From positions 83,698-147,697 of IMG/VR virus record IMGVR_UViG_3300037010_003037: a stretch of DNA of 64,000 nt. One strand, given 5' to 3'. Source of the stretch: a virus. Below the pieces are notes generated by a model, which saw only the letters and a program-made list of their open reading frames with translations, had not been told where the DNA came from and did not search any database. Every line of letters begins with the position of its first letter. Positions within the stretch are counted from its first letter, which is position 1. Below, piece by piece: positions 8,249 through 17,926 of this stretch. Both the position numbers and the translations under genes were made by a program.

Positions 8249-11200
8249 ATGGCACATCTTCTAAAAAATGTCGTCTTATTTGAAGGCATAACTCATCTTG
8301 AGGATTTACCACTCGATGAGTTTATTCGCACGGTTGAAACACTAAAAGATAAGATAATTACTGAAAAGTTAGATGGAGCAAACCTTTGGTTTGGTCTAGA
8401 TGAGAACGGGCTATTTACATCTAGAGAAGGTAAAACACCAAAGAATTCTCGATTCTATAGTGTTAGTGATTATGCCATGGTGGCGGCATATAATGGATTT
8501 AGAGCAGCCCATTTAGCCCTTGAGGCAGTCGAACCAATCATTCGAAAGTATTTTCAACAGGGTGATACTGCTGAAATTGAAGTTCTGTTTGGTCGTCAAC
8601 CAAACACAGTACCTTATGGAGTTAATGACAAGAATTTCATTGTTATTCTAAGGGCAGTTAATGACACACCAGATGAGCGGATTCAGAAACTTGCAAATGC
8701 TTTACAAAATAAGGTAGTTACTGTAAAATCAACAGTAATATCTTCACCAGATGGTGAACAACTTCAACAAGAAGATGTAAAAATGAAGTGGGAGTTCACT
8801 AAAACAACTCCTATCAATACCAAACAGGTTAATACTAAGGAAGCAATGAAGCTTCTTAGTGAACTTAAGATGTATCTAAAGCAGAAGAACAACGTTCTTC
8901 CAGAAATGACGAATGCGCAAGTTGCTGAGCTCAAATTATCATCAGTACCTAAAGATCAAAGAGAAGAAGCTAAAAAAGAACGTGAAAGAGTCAATGCCTA
9001 CATTATGACCAATTTCAAAGGTCCAATAAAAGAGCTATTGCTCAACAACCTTGTTCGTAAAATTAAACCATTCTTACAAGCAAAAGATCTTGACTCATCT
9101 GAGGAAATTGGTGTAGAAGGTGTTGTTGTTCGTGATCCTGTTTCTGGTTCACAGATAAAGATTGTTGATAAAGACGTGTTTACAGCCATCAACTCCTTCA
9201 ATAATGAAGTTCGCAATATTATTTCTGGTCTTGTAAGAACAACAGATCAAGATGCACCTATTGAAGCACGAGGCGGAGTGTTCGGACAAGCAAAAATTCG
9301 TATTGCTAATCTTCTAGGTGTTAAAGAGCTGGCAGCATCTTCGTCTGCTAAACGCTTTATCAGTAAATTTAAGCAGAATGATCCAATATCAACAGCTGAT
9401 GCTTTAGCTAAAAGTCTAAAGATTACAAATCTTTCATCAATTAAAACAAAGATATCAGCTATTCTCAAGAGCACACTTCAAGATATTGATGAAATATTGA
9501 ATGATTTCAAACAAGAAGCTGGAAAGCTTAAACTTAAACTAAAAACTGGAAAAGAAATCGGTATAAGTCCTGAAGTTATGAACCGCACGCTTACCGCATT
9601 TGCGGAAACTAAAGCTGATATCAATAGACTTAACAAATTAGTGCAAAAAAGTAGTACTCCAATAGAACTTATACTGGCTTTGTATGGTAGAACAATCGAA
9701 TCACTCTTTAATGGAGATAAAACCGAAGTGAAAGAATCATTCAACTTAATAAAATCTTTACAAGAAGAAGGTGATAGTGGTAGTGTAGATTCAGGAGCTG
9801 CAAACAATGGAACAGAAGCTCAACTTTCTAATCCTGCCGGGTATATATCATCTGTTCAAACAGGTGCTATTGCATCTGTGCCATTCAAGCTTCTTAAAGG
9901 CTCGAAGATTGTTCAACGCAGAAAGAGAAATTTCACTCGACCTAAAAAGTTCCCCACACCGCAATCACGTTCAGAGTTTAAGCCGACCAGTGAAGGTGGG
10001 GATTTTTCACTGATTAAGACTATCAGTGAAGACTGGTCACATGTAAAAGACATGAAATTTGCAACTGATGTTGATGATTCTGCATTAGCTAAATCTGATG
10101 TTGAATTTTCACGGTTAAGAAATAACCTTAATATAAGTGATAACGTTTCAGCGATGGACGTTGACCGTTATTTAGACAAAGCACATGAACTAAATAATGA
10201 AGTTGACAGTATAGTCTTTGGCATGGAAACAGATGATGGTAGTATTGTAAAGGTATGGGTAAATGCGCAAGAGGCAGATAACTTTGAAGCAGCTCTAGCT
10301 AAATTACTTGGTCAAGAAGATGATGTAGAAAAAGTCATTAATATGTTAGCTGATAAGTTTGATATCGTTGATGTTGAATGGCCAGAAAGCATGCAACATG
10401 GAACAGAAGACTCTACTGATAAATCTTTAGATAATTATTCACAGGATAATAGTGATATAAAAGATGATGATAATTTTGATTCAAATAAAGAATTGAGTCC
10501 TGAAGATAATACTGAAGACGCCTCTGAAAATGATGACATTTATCTTGGAACAGAATCTGATAAGGATGAAGAGAATGAAGATGAAGAGAATGAAGATGAA
10601 GATGAAGATGAAGAGAATGAAGATGAAGATGAAGATGAAGAGAATGAAGATGAAGAGAATGAAGATGAAGACGAAGAGAATGAAGATGAAGATGAAGATG
10701 AAGAGAATGAAGATGAAGAGAATGAAGATGAAGAGAATGAAGATGAAGAGAATGAAGATGAAGACGTTTTTCTTGGAACAAAATCTGATAAGGATGAAGA
10801 TGAGGAAGAAATTTCTTCTAAAAAGGAAACTAAGTCCAATATAATTGGTAAAGAAAAACCAAAAAGTAAAAAAGCAAAAGACATAAAAAAGGAGTCAGTT
10901 ATGTTAACATACGGTCAACGATTTAAGGAAAAAATTCTTTCTGAAGAAAATCAAAAGAAAGATAGAAACAAAAATTATAGGGAAAAGAATGATCTTGAAC
11001 AACAAGAAGACCCTATTGTTATTGCTTCTCGTGCAAAGAATAAGAAGCAAGTTGATGATCTTATAAAATCATTTCCAACGGCGAGCCAAAAAGCAATAAT
11101 CACTTTAATGCTTACACTCGGCGCACCAGCGAACGCGATGAAGATTCATAAAACTGATCTTCGCGAAAATATTGAACCTGTTGCAGAAAAGTATCGCAAG

Positions 11201-11815
11201 AACAGCGCATTTAGAACCTGGGTTCATAAGCTTATGTCTGCTATTTCGTCAAATTCATCTTCAATGAATGAAGAAGCTGTTCTTGAAGATAGTCATTTTG
11301 AAAGTATGCTTTCTAATAAGTATCAGCGCGTCATTTACTATATTCTTAAAGCGCTTGGTTTACCAGAATCAATTGAAATTACTGCAGCACGTGCCCTTAA
11401 AAAGGGTATTCGTTCAACAGCCGAACTGATTATGGACGATAGTCGTGCACGCTTGTATCTTATGTCTGTTGCTGAACAACTTGGGATAAATGATAAAGTT
11501 GAAAATGATTCTGAACCTTCGGAATACGTCAAAGAAGAAACTGTTTTAGAACATAACAATGTAGAAGAAGCGATTGCTGTGCTAACTGATCTACTTACCA
11601 CACTTGGTTTTGATACTACTCGTAATTCGTCAATAGCTATGCAGGCACAACGAGTTAACGCGCGTAAAGCCTTTTTTAAACTTGCAGCTAACCCAACATT
11701 ATTGAAGCGTTTGACTATGATCACTAACATGATTAAAAACAAAATCGCTGATCATACACAATCTCCATCTTCATTTTCATCTCCACAGACTATGAATGAT
11801 AATATTCAAAGATGA
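8249..11815 (+). CDS. Giant late protein: N-terminal RNA-ligase-like nucleotidyltransferase domain plus Asp/Glu tract; probable head-internal protein
   Basis: ITEKLDGAN (KxDG, motif I), FTSR, EIEV, VEGVVVRD...IKIV (motifs IV/V); long E/D/N tract; several hydrophobic-x-E sites. Confidence 0.6.
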   Translation: MAHLLKNVVLFEGITHLEDLPLDEFIRTVETLKDKIITEKLDGANLWFGLDENGLFTSREGKTPKNSRFYSVSDYAMVAAYNGFRAAHLALEAVEPIIRKYFQQGDTAEIEVLFGRQPNTVPYGVNDKNFIVILRAVNDTPDERIQKLANALQNKVVTVKSTVISSPDGEQLQQEDVKMKWEFTKTTPINTKQVNTKEAMKLLSELKMYLKQKNNVLPEMTNAQVAELKLSSVPKDQREEAKKERERVNAYIMTNFKGPIKELLLNNLVRKIKPFLQAKDLDSSEEIGVEGVVVRDPVSGSQIKIVDKDVFTAINSFNNEVRNIISGLVRTTDQDAPIEARGGVFGQAKIRIANLLGVKELAASSSAKRFISKFKQNDPISTADALAKSLKITNLSSIKTKISAILKSTLQDIDEILNDFKQEAGKLKLKLKTGKEIGISPEVMNRTLTAFAETKADINRLNKLVQKSSTPIELILALYGRTIESLFNGDKTEVKESFNLIKSLQEEGDSGSVDSGAANNGTEAQLSNPAGYISSVQTGAIASVPFKLLKGSKIVQRRKRNFTRPKKFPTPQSRSEFKPTSEGGDFSLIKTISEDWSHVKDMKFATDVDDSALAKSDVEFSRLRNNLNISDNVSAMDVDRYLDKAHELNNEVDSIVFGMETDDGSIVKVWVNAQEADNFEAALAKLLGQEDDVEKVINMLADKFDIVDVEWPESMQHGTEDSTDKSLDNYSQDNSDIKDDDNFDSNKELSPEDNTEDASENDDIYLGTESDKDEENEDEENEDEDEDEENEDEDEDEENEDEENEDEDEENEDEDEDEENEDEENEDEENEDEENEDEDVFLGTKSDKDEDEEEISSKKETKSNIIGKEKPKSKKAKDIKKESVMLTYGQRFKEKILSEENQKKDRNKNYREKNDLEQQEDPIVIASRAKNKKQVDDLIKSFPTASQKAIITLMLTLGAPANAMKIHKTDLRENIEPVAEKYRKNSAFRTWVHKLMSAISSNSSSMNEEAVLEDSHFESMLSNKYQRVIYYILKALGLPESIEITAARALKKGIRSTAELIMDDSRARLYLMSVAEQLGINDKVENDSEPSEYVKEETVLEHNNVEEAIAVLTDLLTTLGFDTTRNSSIAMQAQRVNARKAFFKLAANPTLLKRLTMITNMIKNKIADHTQSPSSFSSPQTMNDNIQR
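10543..10800 (+). repeat. In-frame microsatellite (GAAGATGAAGAGAAT and GAAGAT units) bracketed by a 30-nt direct repeat
   Basis: TCTTGGAACA(G/A)AATCTGATAAGGATGAAGA at 10543-10572 and 10771-10800; encodes an EDEEN-type acidic tract. Confidence 0.95.
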
Positions 11816-11961
11816 TACTATTTTGAAATATTTGTTAAGTGAAATGTAATACTTGCTTTAATAGCTTCAAATGATATTGCTATTATTGAACAAGAAATGT
11901 AAATTAAGCTTTAATGTTGAAGAAGCAAATAAATTGAGATTTGATCTTAGTGTAAAATAAA

Positions 11962-12624
11962 ATGAAATTTGCTTACCCAGATCTTCAGGCGACATCAGTT
12001 CAGGGTTTACGCCTTTACGAAACTCCTGAGGGAAACTTTTATCCTTCAATCACTACTATTTTAGGCAAGACTATGCCTAAGGAAAAGGCTGATGCATTGA
12101 AGAAATGGCAGCTTTCTCTGGGTCCTTTGGCTGATAAAAAATCTAAAGAGGCTACCGATAAGGGAACCGCAGTGCATTTACTTGCAGAGCGGTTCCTTAA
12201 AGGTGAAGAGCTTATTAAACCTGGAGAAAAATTTGATACTAATTCCATTAGCTCTTTTAATGGACTTAAATTGAAGCTAAAAAAGGTTGAAGAGGTATGG
12301 GGGCAAGAAGTTGCCCTTTATTCTGACATTATTCACGTTGCAGGTCGATGTGATTGTATTGCAGTATACAAAGGTAAACCATGTATTATCGACTTTAAAA
12401 CGTCTGGACGTATTAAGCGGGATGAAGATATTGAAGATTATCGTCTTCAGCTTACAGCATATGCCATAATGCACAATGAGATGTTCGGAACTGAAATTTA
12501 TGATGGTGTAATACTTATGTCATCTGATAATGGTTTTCCACAAGAGTTTAATGTAAATCTTTTAGAATACATTGAACCTCTTATTGAGAGAGTAAATGAA
12601 TTCTATGCTAATCTTCAACTATAA
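11962..12624 (+). CDS. PD-(D/E)XK exonuclease (T4-like phage type)
   Basis: YPSITTILG, GTAVH, AGRCDCI, IIDFKTS and LQLTAYA motifs. Confidence 0.88.
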   Translation: MKFAYPDLQATSVQGLRLYETPEGNFYPSITTILGKTMPKEKADALKKWQLSLGPLADKKSKEATDKGTAVHLLAERFLKGEELIKPGEKFDTNSISSFNGLKLKLKKVEEVWGQEVALYSDIIHVAGRCDCIAVYKGKPCIIDFKTSGRIKRDEDIEDYRLQLTAYAIMHNEMFGTEIYDGVILMSSDNGFPQEFNVNLLEYIEPLIERVNEFYANLQL

Positions 12625-12633
12625 AGGCTTCAT

Positions 12634-12885
12634 ATGAGTAGAACAAATAAACGTGTGTTTGCTGAAGAACTTCATGATTATATTTGGCAATTTGCTAAAG
12701 ATAAAACACCGAGTCCATCAGAGATAGAAAAGTTCATAAATGATTTTGAACAAAAAATTGGTTTTCCAATTTTTATTAAAGAAGAACAAATAGATAAAAA
12801 AACAGCCGTTCTTCTTAAACCATCAACAGAATCAAAACGCCTTCGTGAGCTTGCGGGTATACCACATAAAGGAAACTTCATATGA
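12634..12885 (+). CDS. Hypothetical protein with ESKRLRELAGI motif (possible head-internal protein)
   Basis: 83-aa ORF; R-x(0-2)-LAGI motif shared with the ORF at 63533. Confidence 0.65.
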   Translation: MSRTNKRVFAEELHDYIWQFAKDKTPSPSEIEKFINDFEQKIGFPIFIKEEQIDKKTAVLLKPSTESKRLRELAGIPHKGNFI

Positions 12886-13574
12886 AAACATTCATAGTGC
12901 AATGTGATAATACAGAATTAGAAAACAAATTAGTTGATACTATTATCCAGTATCTGGCTAATAATAATTGTGAATCGCAAGTAGAATCAGTTGGTGATTT
13001 CACCGTGCATTTTATTAATGCTAAACAGCGTGATGCCTCAGAACAATCATTTGATGATAATGGACAAGATAATGTGACCACTGATGAACCATTACCAGAA
13101 CCTGTTATTGAACCGGCTGAAGTATCGCAAGATCTATCAGCTGAAATATCTTCAGAGACGGAACTTCAACCATCACCTACTTCATCAGTTGCACCATTTC
13201 AATCAATGTGCAAGCTATGGGATTTGTCTTCAAACACACAAGTTCCGTGTGTGCATGATCCACTTAGCAAAATAAGTTATCTTTGTGTTAAGCAGTGTGA
13301 AGTAGTTGGTGATTATGTTATGTTTACTTATGCTGGCATGATGCACAAGGTTCCTCGTGCAGTTTCAAGTGATCCGTGCTGTAATAAAGATGCAATTATT
13401 ACACCATCATCAGTATGTGTTTCGCTTTCTATCGCTGATGGAGCTATTTTTCGTTGTCTTTTAAGTGTGAAATGTGATGATGGGGAAGAACGCGTTGTAA
13501 TAGGAAATGATCTTGAACATGAGATACCATCAACAGATATAGAGGTGATAAATGGTTCTATATCAACCAAATAA
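12882..13574 (+). CDS. Hypothetical protein (acidic linker, Cys-rich C-terminal domain)
   Basis: 230 aa; ATGA overlap; AAGGA SD. Confidence 0.75.
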   Translation: MKTFIVQCDNTELENKLVDTIIQYLANNNCESQVESVGDFTVHFINAKQRDASEQSFDDNGQDNVTTDEPLPEPVIEPAEVSQDLSAEISSETELQPSPTSSVAPFQSMCKLWDLSSNTQVPCVHDPLSKISYLCVKQCEVVGDYVMFTYAGMMHKVPRAVSSDPCCNKDAIITPSSVCVSLSIADGAIFRCLLSVKCDDGEERVVIGNDLEHEIPSTDIEVINGSISTK

Positions 13575-14307
13575 TATCTTATTTAGAATAACATCAGCTG
13601 CAGCTATCAGTAAGTTCAAAAGTATTCAAGCTCATTCACTTGGCCAACTAAATCGAAAAGAACTTGACTTTGATACTAGTGCGCGAGAAGTCGTTCTAAT
13701 TACGTATGACAGATTTTCCCAATGGATTTATCGGGTAGAACGCATATGTTTGACTGCGACTTCAAACAAATATGATACACCTACACTTATACGAGCTCTT
13801 ATAGCATCATTTATTGATGAGCAGCGAATCACACAAACCGTAATTGAAAGTCATGGTGATATTTTTAAGAACGGTATTGATGCATACGTTAGAATTATTC
13901 ACAACTACACATCACGTATCATTAAACACTTCTTTGAATCATTATGTGACAAGAAAATTATAGAAATCTATGCTGAAATAGTTGACATAACAAGCATGTA
14001 TCTTCAGCACATTCTAGTTGCTATGCATGAGTTTAATAACAATTGTGTCACTAACAAGAAACAACCATTTGTATCAATAGCTGACTTTTGTTTAAATATT
14101 ACTAAACCAGAACTGAAGTTGATACCATGTTTTGAGAGAATTAAGTTTTTTGCTAAATGTTCAAAGCACACTGAATTTTTATTAAAGTTTTATGGATCAG
14201 ATGAGCACACGTTTGATGAGGCATTTGAAAAGCTACAAGAAATGTGTAAACAATTAAATATTACTCTTGTTAAAGAAGAACTTCTAATTGCGCATGAGGA
14301 AAAATGA
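13552..14307 (+). CDS. Hypothetical protein
   Basis: 251 aa; GAGGTG SD; overlaps both neighbours. Confidence 0.75.
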   Translation: MVLYQPNNILFRITSAAAISKFKSIQAHSLGQLNRKELDFDTSAREVVLITYDRFSQWIYRVERICLTATSNKYDTPTLIRALIASFIDEQRITQTVIESHGDIFKNGIDAYVRIIHNYTSRIIKHFFESLCDKKIIEIYAEIVDITSMYLQHILVAMHEFNNNCVTNKKQPFVSIADFCLNITKPELKLIPCFERIKFFAKCSKHTEFLLKFYGSDEHTFDEAFEKLQEMCKQLNITLVKEELLIAHEEK

Positions 14308-14966
14308 CAGAATTTCTACTAGGACTCCTTAGACAACTTGCATCAACACTATCACCATTTGACTTTATAGTGGTGTTGTTCTTAATAGCAAGCGGAACAT
14401 TTTTTACCATGAAATTCATTTTTAAAAATACTAGGAGTTCTGGTGGGCTACTTGATCTTTTTGCTGGTACATTAAATGATGAACGAATAGAGCAATTAAC
14501 AAAAAAGCTGGATGAAACTGCATCAAAAAATGAGCTTATTGCAGTAGAAAAACGAATTATTAATGTTCTCGATGAAATGCGACGCGAAGCGCAAAACCAT
14601 AGCAGTGATTTAAGTGAGCACGTTAAAGCAATTTCAATCATAAAGGTTGAGCTTGAAAATTCATTTGATCAGATTAACAAACAGATAGATTCCATTCAGC
14701 AGCAAATAAAAATGCATGACATGCATGATGATGCACAATTTGCTGTTATTAAAGATAACATTACACGCAGCCAAGAGCTAATGAATAAAGTTTTATCACA
14801 AATAGAAAAAATAGATGAGTTCATAAGAACAACAGTTCCTGAATTCAGAAGTTATCATAAAGAACTAACTAAGGAAGTTAGTACTCTTAACAGAGATATT
14901 AATGTGATGGATCGTGTTCTACAGGCGCAAATAAATACAAATAAAGAAGGAATTACCCTTCGTTAA
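14304..14966 (+). CDS. Membrane-anchored coiled-coil protein
   Basis: TM segment FIVVLFLIASGTFFTM followed by heptad-rich sequence; GAGG SD. Confidence 0.75.
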   Translation: MTEFLLGLLRQLASTLSPFDFIVVLFLIASGTFFTMKFIFKNTRSSGGLLDLFAGTLNDERIEQLTKKLDETASKNELIAVEKRIINVLDEMRREAQNHSSDLSEHVKAISIIKVELENSFDQINKQIDSIQQQIKMHDMHDDAQFAVIKDNITRSQELMNKVLSQIEKIDEFIRTTVPEFRSYHKELTKEVSTLNRDINVMDRVLQAQINTNKEGITLR

Positions 14967-14991
14967 CTTATATTATAAGATAAAAGATAAA

Positions 14992-15627
14992 ATGAGAAGC
15001 CCTTTTTTAATTGTACAAGATTTCCTCTCTCCCTTAACCTGTGAGAGAATAATTAATGAAAATACTGTTGCTACTCCTGATGTAGACGAGAATGGTGACC
15101 CGAAAAAGCTGGAGCACCATATTTCTAAATTTGATGCTGAAATAGCAGAACGATTTAGAAATCTTATCCCAACAATAGAAGAGCGATATGATTGTGTATA
15201 TCGTGGTTTAGAAAAACCACTTTTACAGTACTATCCAGAAAATTCAAAGGCACCGGCTGAACCACCTGGTTGTGAAAACTCTAAGTACATTCGAAAGAAA
15301 TGGGTGATGTATAAAGATGTCGACCTAGTTGGTTTTGTATGGTTAAAGGATTATAATGATAATGTTCCTCTTGATCCACGCCATGAAGTTTTTGGTGGCA
15401 AAATAGAATTCCCAGCATATAACTTTAGTTTAGTTCCTCAGCGGGGGACCCTTGTCCTATTCCCTGCTGGACCACATTTTATTACAGTGATTTCACCTAT
15501 TCTCCTTGGTGATTTATATCAAATCAAACTTAATGTGTGCATTAATTCAAAGAACGGTGGTCGTTGGTTTTATCAACCACAAAACTTCCCCGGTAAATGG
15601 AATGATTGGTTAGAAGAGTTCATGTGA
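14992..15627 (+). CDS. 2OG-Fe(II) oxygenase-like fold, apparently lacking metal ligands
   Basis: QDFLSP..CE start, WLKDY, FGGKIEFP and PQRGTLVLFP of P4Hc-like proteins; no HxD/E motif. AATAAATA box at 14930-14937. Confidence 0.7.
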   Translation: MRSPFLIVQDFLSPLTCERIINENTVATPDVDENGDPKKLEHHISKFDAEIAERFRNLIPTIEERYDCVYRGLEKPLLQYYPENSKAPAEPPGCENSKYIRKKWVMYKDVDLVGFVWLKDYNDNVPLDPRHEVFGGKIEFPAYNFSLVPQRGTLVLFPAGPHFITVISPILLGDLYQIKLNVCINSKNGGRWFYQPQNFPGKWNDWLEEFM

Positions 15628-15662
15628 GCATAAATTATTCTTGAGCTTCAATCTATTTTCTA

Positions 15663-15692
15663 GTTTACTTAAAATTAATTATTGTATATAAT
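15663..15692 (+). promoter_or_regulatory. T4-early-type promoter
   Basis: GTTTACT-17 nt-TATAAT. Confidence 0.7.
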
Positions 15693-15740
15693 TTTTAATC
15701 ATAGATTGAAAGCGCAACGGTGTATTAGCAAAAACAACAG

Positions 15741-16292
15741 ATGAACATTTCATTCAAAAATCTTAAACCTGATGATCAAGCTGCTATCGCTGATCGACTT
15801 GAAGTACGCAAACAGCGGTACCTTGATCTTCTTAGTGAAAAAACAGTTATTACAGATTTTCTTCTAATTGGAGATAGACCAGGGCCGGCGGCACCAACAG
15901 ACCCCAACTATCATCACACCCCATTCTATTCTACGAAGCATTGTTCTGGGTGGTTGAATGCATATCTTCACGTTGAAGAAATCCCTGAGGAAAAATTACT
16001 TTGGATAAATGCGTATGATCGCTTAGGAAATCCAATGAGTGCAGACATATCAAAACACATAAAAGCAAAAACAGTAATTGCTCTTGGAAATCATGCTAGC
16101 AAATGGGCTAAAATGGTTGGTTTTTCTAAACATCCTCGCTTTATCCAGGTTCCTCATCCTCAATGGCACAAGCGTTTCATGCACAGTGAACCATATGATT
16201 TGATTGAAGTAATTAAATGCTGTTCGCTTAAATCTAGCGTTAATTTTAAAAAGTGTGTGTTTGAAGTGTGTCCATTGCACACTAGAATGTAA
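15741..16292 (+). CDS. Uracil-DNA glycosylase superfamily protein
   Basis: Motif A IGDRPG, PF....SGWL, WINA, VIALGNHA, motif B VPHPQ. Confidence 0.7.
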   Translation: MNISFKNLKPDDQAAIADRLEVRKQRYLDLLSEKTVITDFLLIGDRPGPAAPTDPNYHHTPFYSTKHCSGWLNAYLHVEEIPEEKLLWINAYDRLGNPMSADISKHIKAKTVIALGNHASKWAKMVGFSKHPRFIQVPHPQWHKRFMHSEPYDLIEVIKCCSLKSSVNFKKCVFEVCPLHTRM

Positions 16293-16318
16293 ATCTATTC
16301 AAAAGAGCATTTCTTCAT

Positions 16319-17923
16319 TTAACCAATTGCTCTTATACTTCTTCTATAATAGTCAACTCCCTGCATATCTCTACCTTGTATTGCATTTCCAACACCATCA
16401 TGATGAATTAAGCCATATGTAAACTCGCCTTGTGTTAAGTTTTGATATCGTGCAGCAACAGCAGGATCAAGTTGTTTGCCTGCTATTGTTCCACGCGTTC
16501 TAAACTCATCATAATAAGGTTTTTGTTCACTCTTGTAAAATTCTATCTGCGCCTTGGTTGCAAGATATGGGTCATTACGCTGTTCTTCTGTGGGGTTTGG
16601 ATAACCAATCTTAGCGTAGTAAGTGTTTGCAGTTTTATCAAGCATCTGATATACACCACGCGCTGATGAATAAGGATTCTTAGCGTCTGCTTTGTAATTA
16701 CTCTCGATACCGGCAACAAACATCAAATATTTTTTATCTTCAGGAGTAAGTGAAGGATCTTCATCTAATGCTCGTTGAATTTGTCTCTGCACTTCGGCTT
16801 TAGAGGCATTAGAACTCATTGGAATAGATCGTGGTTCAGTACTTGATTGATTAGATGCTTGCCCACCCAATCTTTTAGAGCTAGGTTCTGCATCCTCATT
16901 AATACGTGGTGCACCAAATTGACTTGGCAGCTCACCTCCGCATGGTCCCGTGTTTTGCTCACCAGCAACCATTACTGAATCTTTTACTACAATAGGATCT
17001 TCTCCTTCAATTTCATGAACGCCATTTATATATGGCAATGGATCAACCGGATTACCTAGCTTACCTTTATGTAGTTCAAAGTGAAGATGCGGACCAGTTC
17101 CAACCCCGACACTACCTTCTTTTGCTATCTTTTGACCAGATGAAACTGTTTGCCCAGCTGTAACATAAATTTCACTCATGTGGCCATAGACAGTTGTAGC
17201 AACAACATTACCATTTGCATCACGGTGTTCAATGAAAACCGCGTTACCATAACCGCTTGCTGGACCTGCGCGCAAAACTACTCCATCTGCAGCAGCTACA
17301 ATATCACCAAGGCTACCACCAGGAATAGCAATATCTACACCTTTATGAATGCTGCTGGCGCCAGGGGTCGGTGACTTTCGCGGTCCAAAACCTGAAGTTA
17401 CTACTCCCTTTGGTACTAAAGGCCATACAAATTGAATATCTTCACCCTTTGCTGGTAATTTAGGATACATGTTGTACTGTCGTGAATCAATCAAGTCACC
17501 ATTGCTATCAAAAGCCTTAACTTCAACTTTATAGTTTTTGTTTCTCGCTGACTCAGGTACCTGCCCGCTTAATTGCCCAGTAGTGGTATTAAAGTTTAGC
17601 CCTGTCGGTCCAGTTCCAGGTTGATCATCTGTCCAAATTCTCCAAGAAGCTACTACTTTATCAGAATTCGGCGTTAACTTAAACGTAGTGTCAACATTTC
17701 CATTTTTATCTACAACTATAGCTGTGTTTTCAATAAGGTTTGAAATTTTTTCTCGTGCATCATCTTTTCCATTTTCTGGTGCTCGTTTAGCAAAGCAGTC
17801 TATGTTTTCACCGGGTAAAGGATAATGTGACGGCTGTGCTCCATAAGCTGATGTGCTGACTCTAAATGGTGGAATAGGAGTCCACAATGGGGTACGCTGT
17901 GGTTTACGGCATCCACATGACAT
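16319..17923 (-). CDS. Modular peptidoglycan hydrolase: Ig-like + M23 peptidase + SLT-like domain
   Basis: PTGLNFNTTTGQLSG (putative Ig), HKGVD/YGHMS/PHLHFE (M23), IESN...SSARGVYQM (SLT). Confidence 0.88.
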   Translation of the reverse strand: MSCGCRKPQRTPLWTPIPPFRVSTSAYGAQPSHYPLPGENIDCFAKRAPENGKDDAREKISNLIENTAIVVDKNGNVDTTFKLTPNSDKVVASWRIWTDDQPGTGPTGLNFNTTTGQLSGQVPESARNKNYKVEVKAFDSNGDLIDSRQYNMYPKLPAKGEDIQFVWPLVPKGVVTSGFGPRKSPTPGASSIHKGVDIAIPGGSLGDIVAAADGVVLRAGPASGYGNAVFIEHRDANGNVVATTVYGHMSEIYVTAGQTVSSGQKIAKEGSVGVGTGPHLHFELHKGKLGNPVDPLPYINGVHEIEGEDPIVVKDSVMVAGEQNTGPCGGELPSQFGAPRINEDAEPSSKRLGGQASNQSSTEPRSIPMSSNASKAEVQRQIQRALDEDPSLTPEDKKYLMFVAGIESNYKADAKNPYSSARGVYQMLDKTANTYYAKIGYPNPTEEQRNDPYLATKAQIEFYKSEQKPYYDEFRTRGTIAGKQLDPAVAARYQNLTQGEFTYGLIHHDGVGNAIQGRDMQGVDYYRRSIRAIG

Positions 17924-17926
17924 TTA

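Noticed and set aside
10413-10884. Poly-Ser, His/Leu-rich and Met/Lys-rich ORFs
   Set aside because: Alternative-frame and antisense shadows of the acidic microsatellite in the 8249 gene.
11962-12624. Cas4/CRISPR association for the PD-(D/E)XK nuclease
   Set aside because: No four-Cys Fe-S pattern and no array; it fits the common T4-like exonuclease type.
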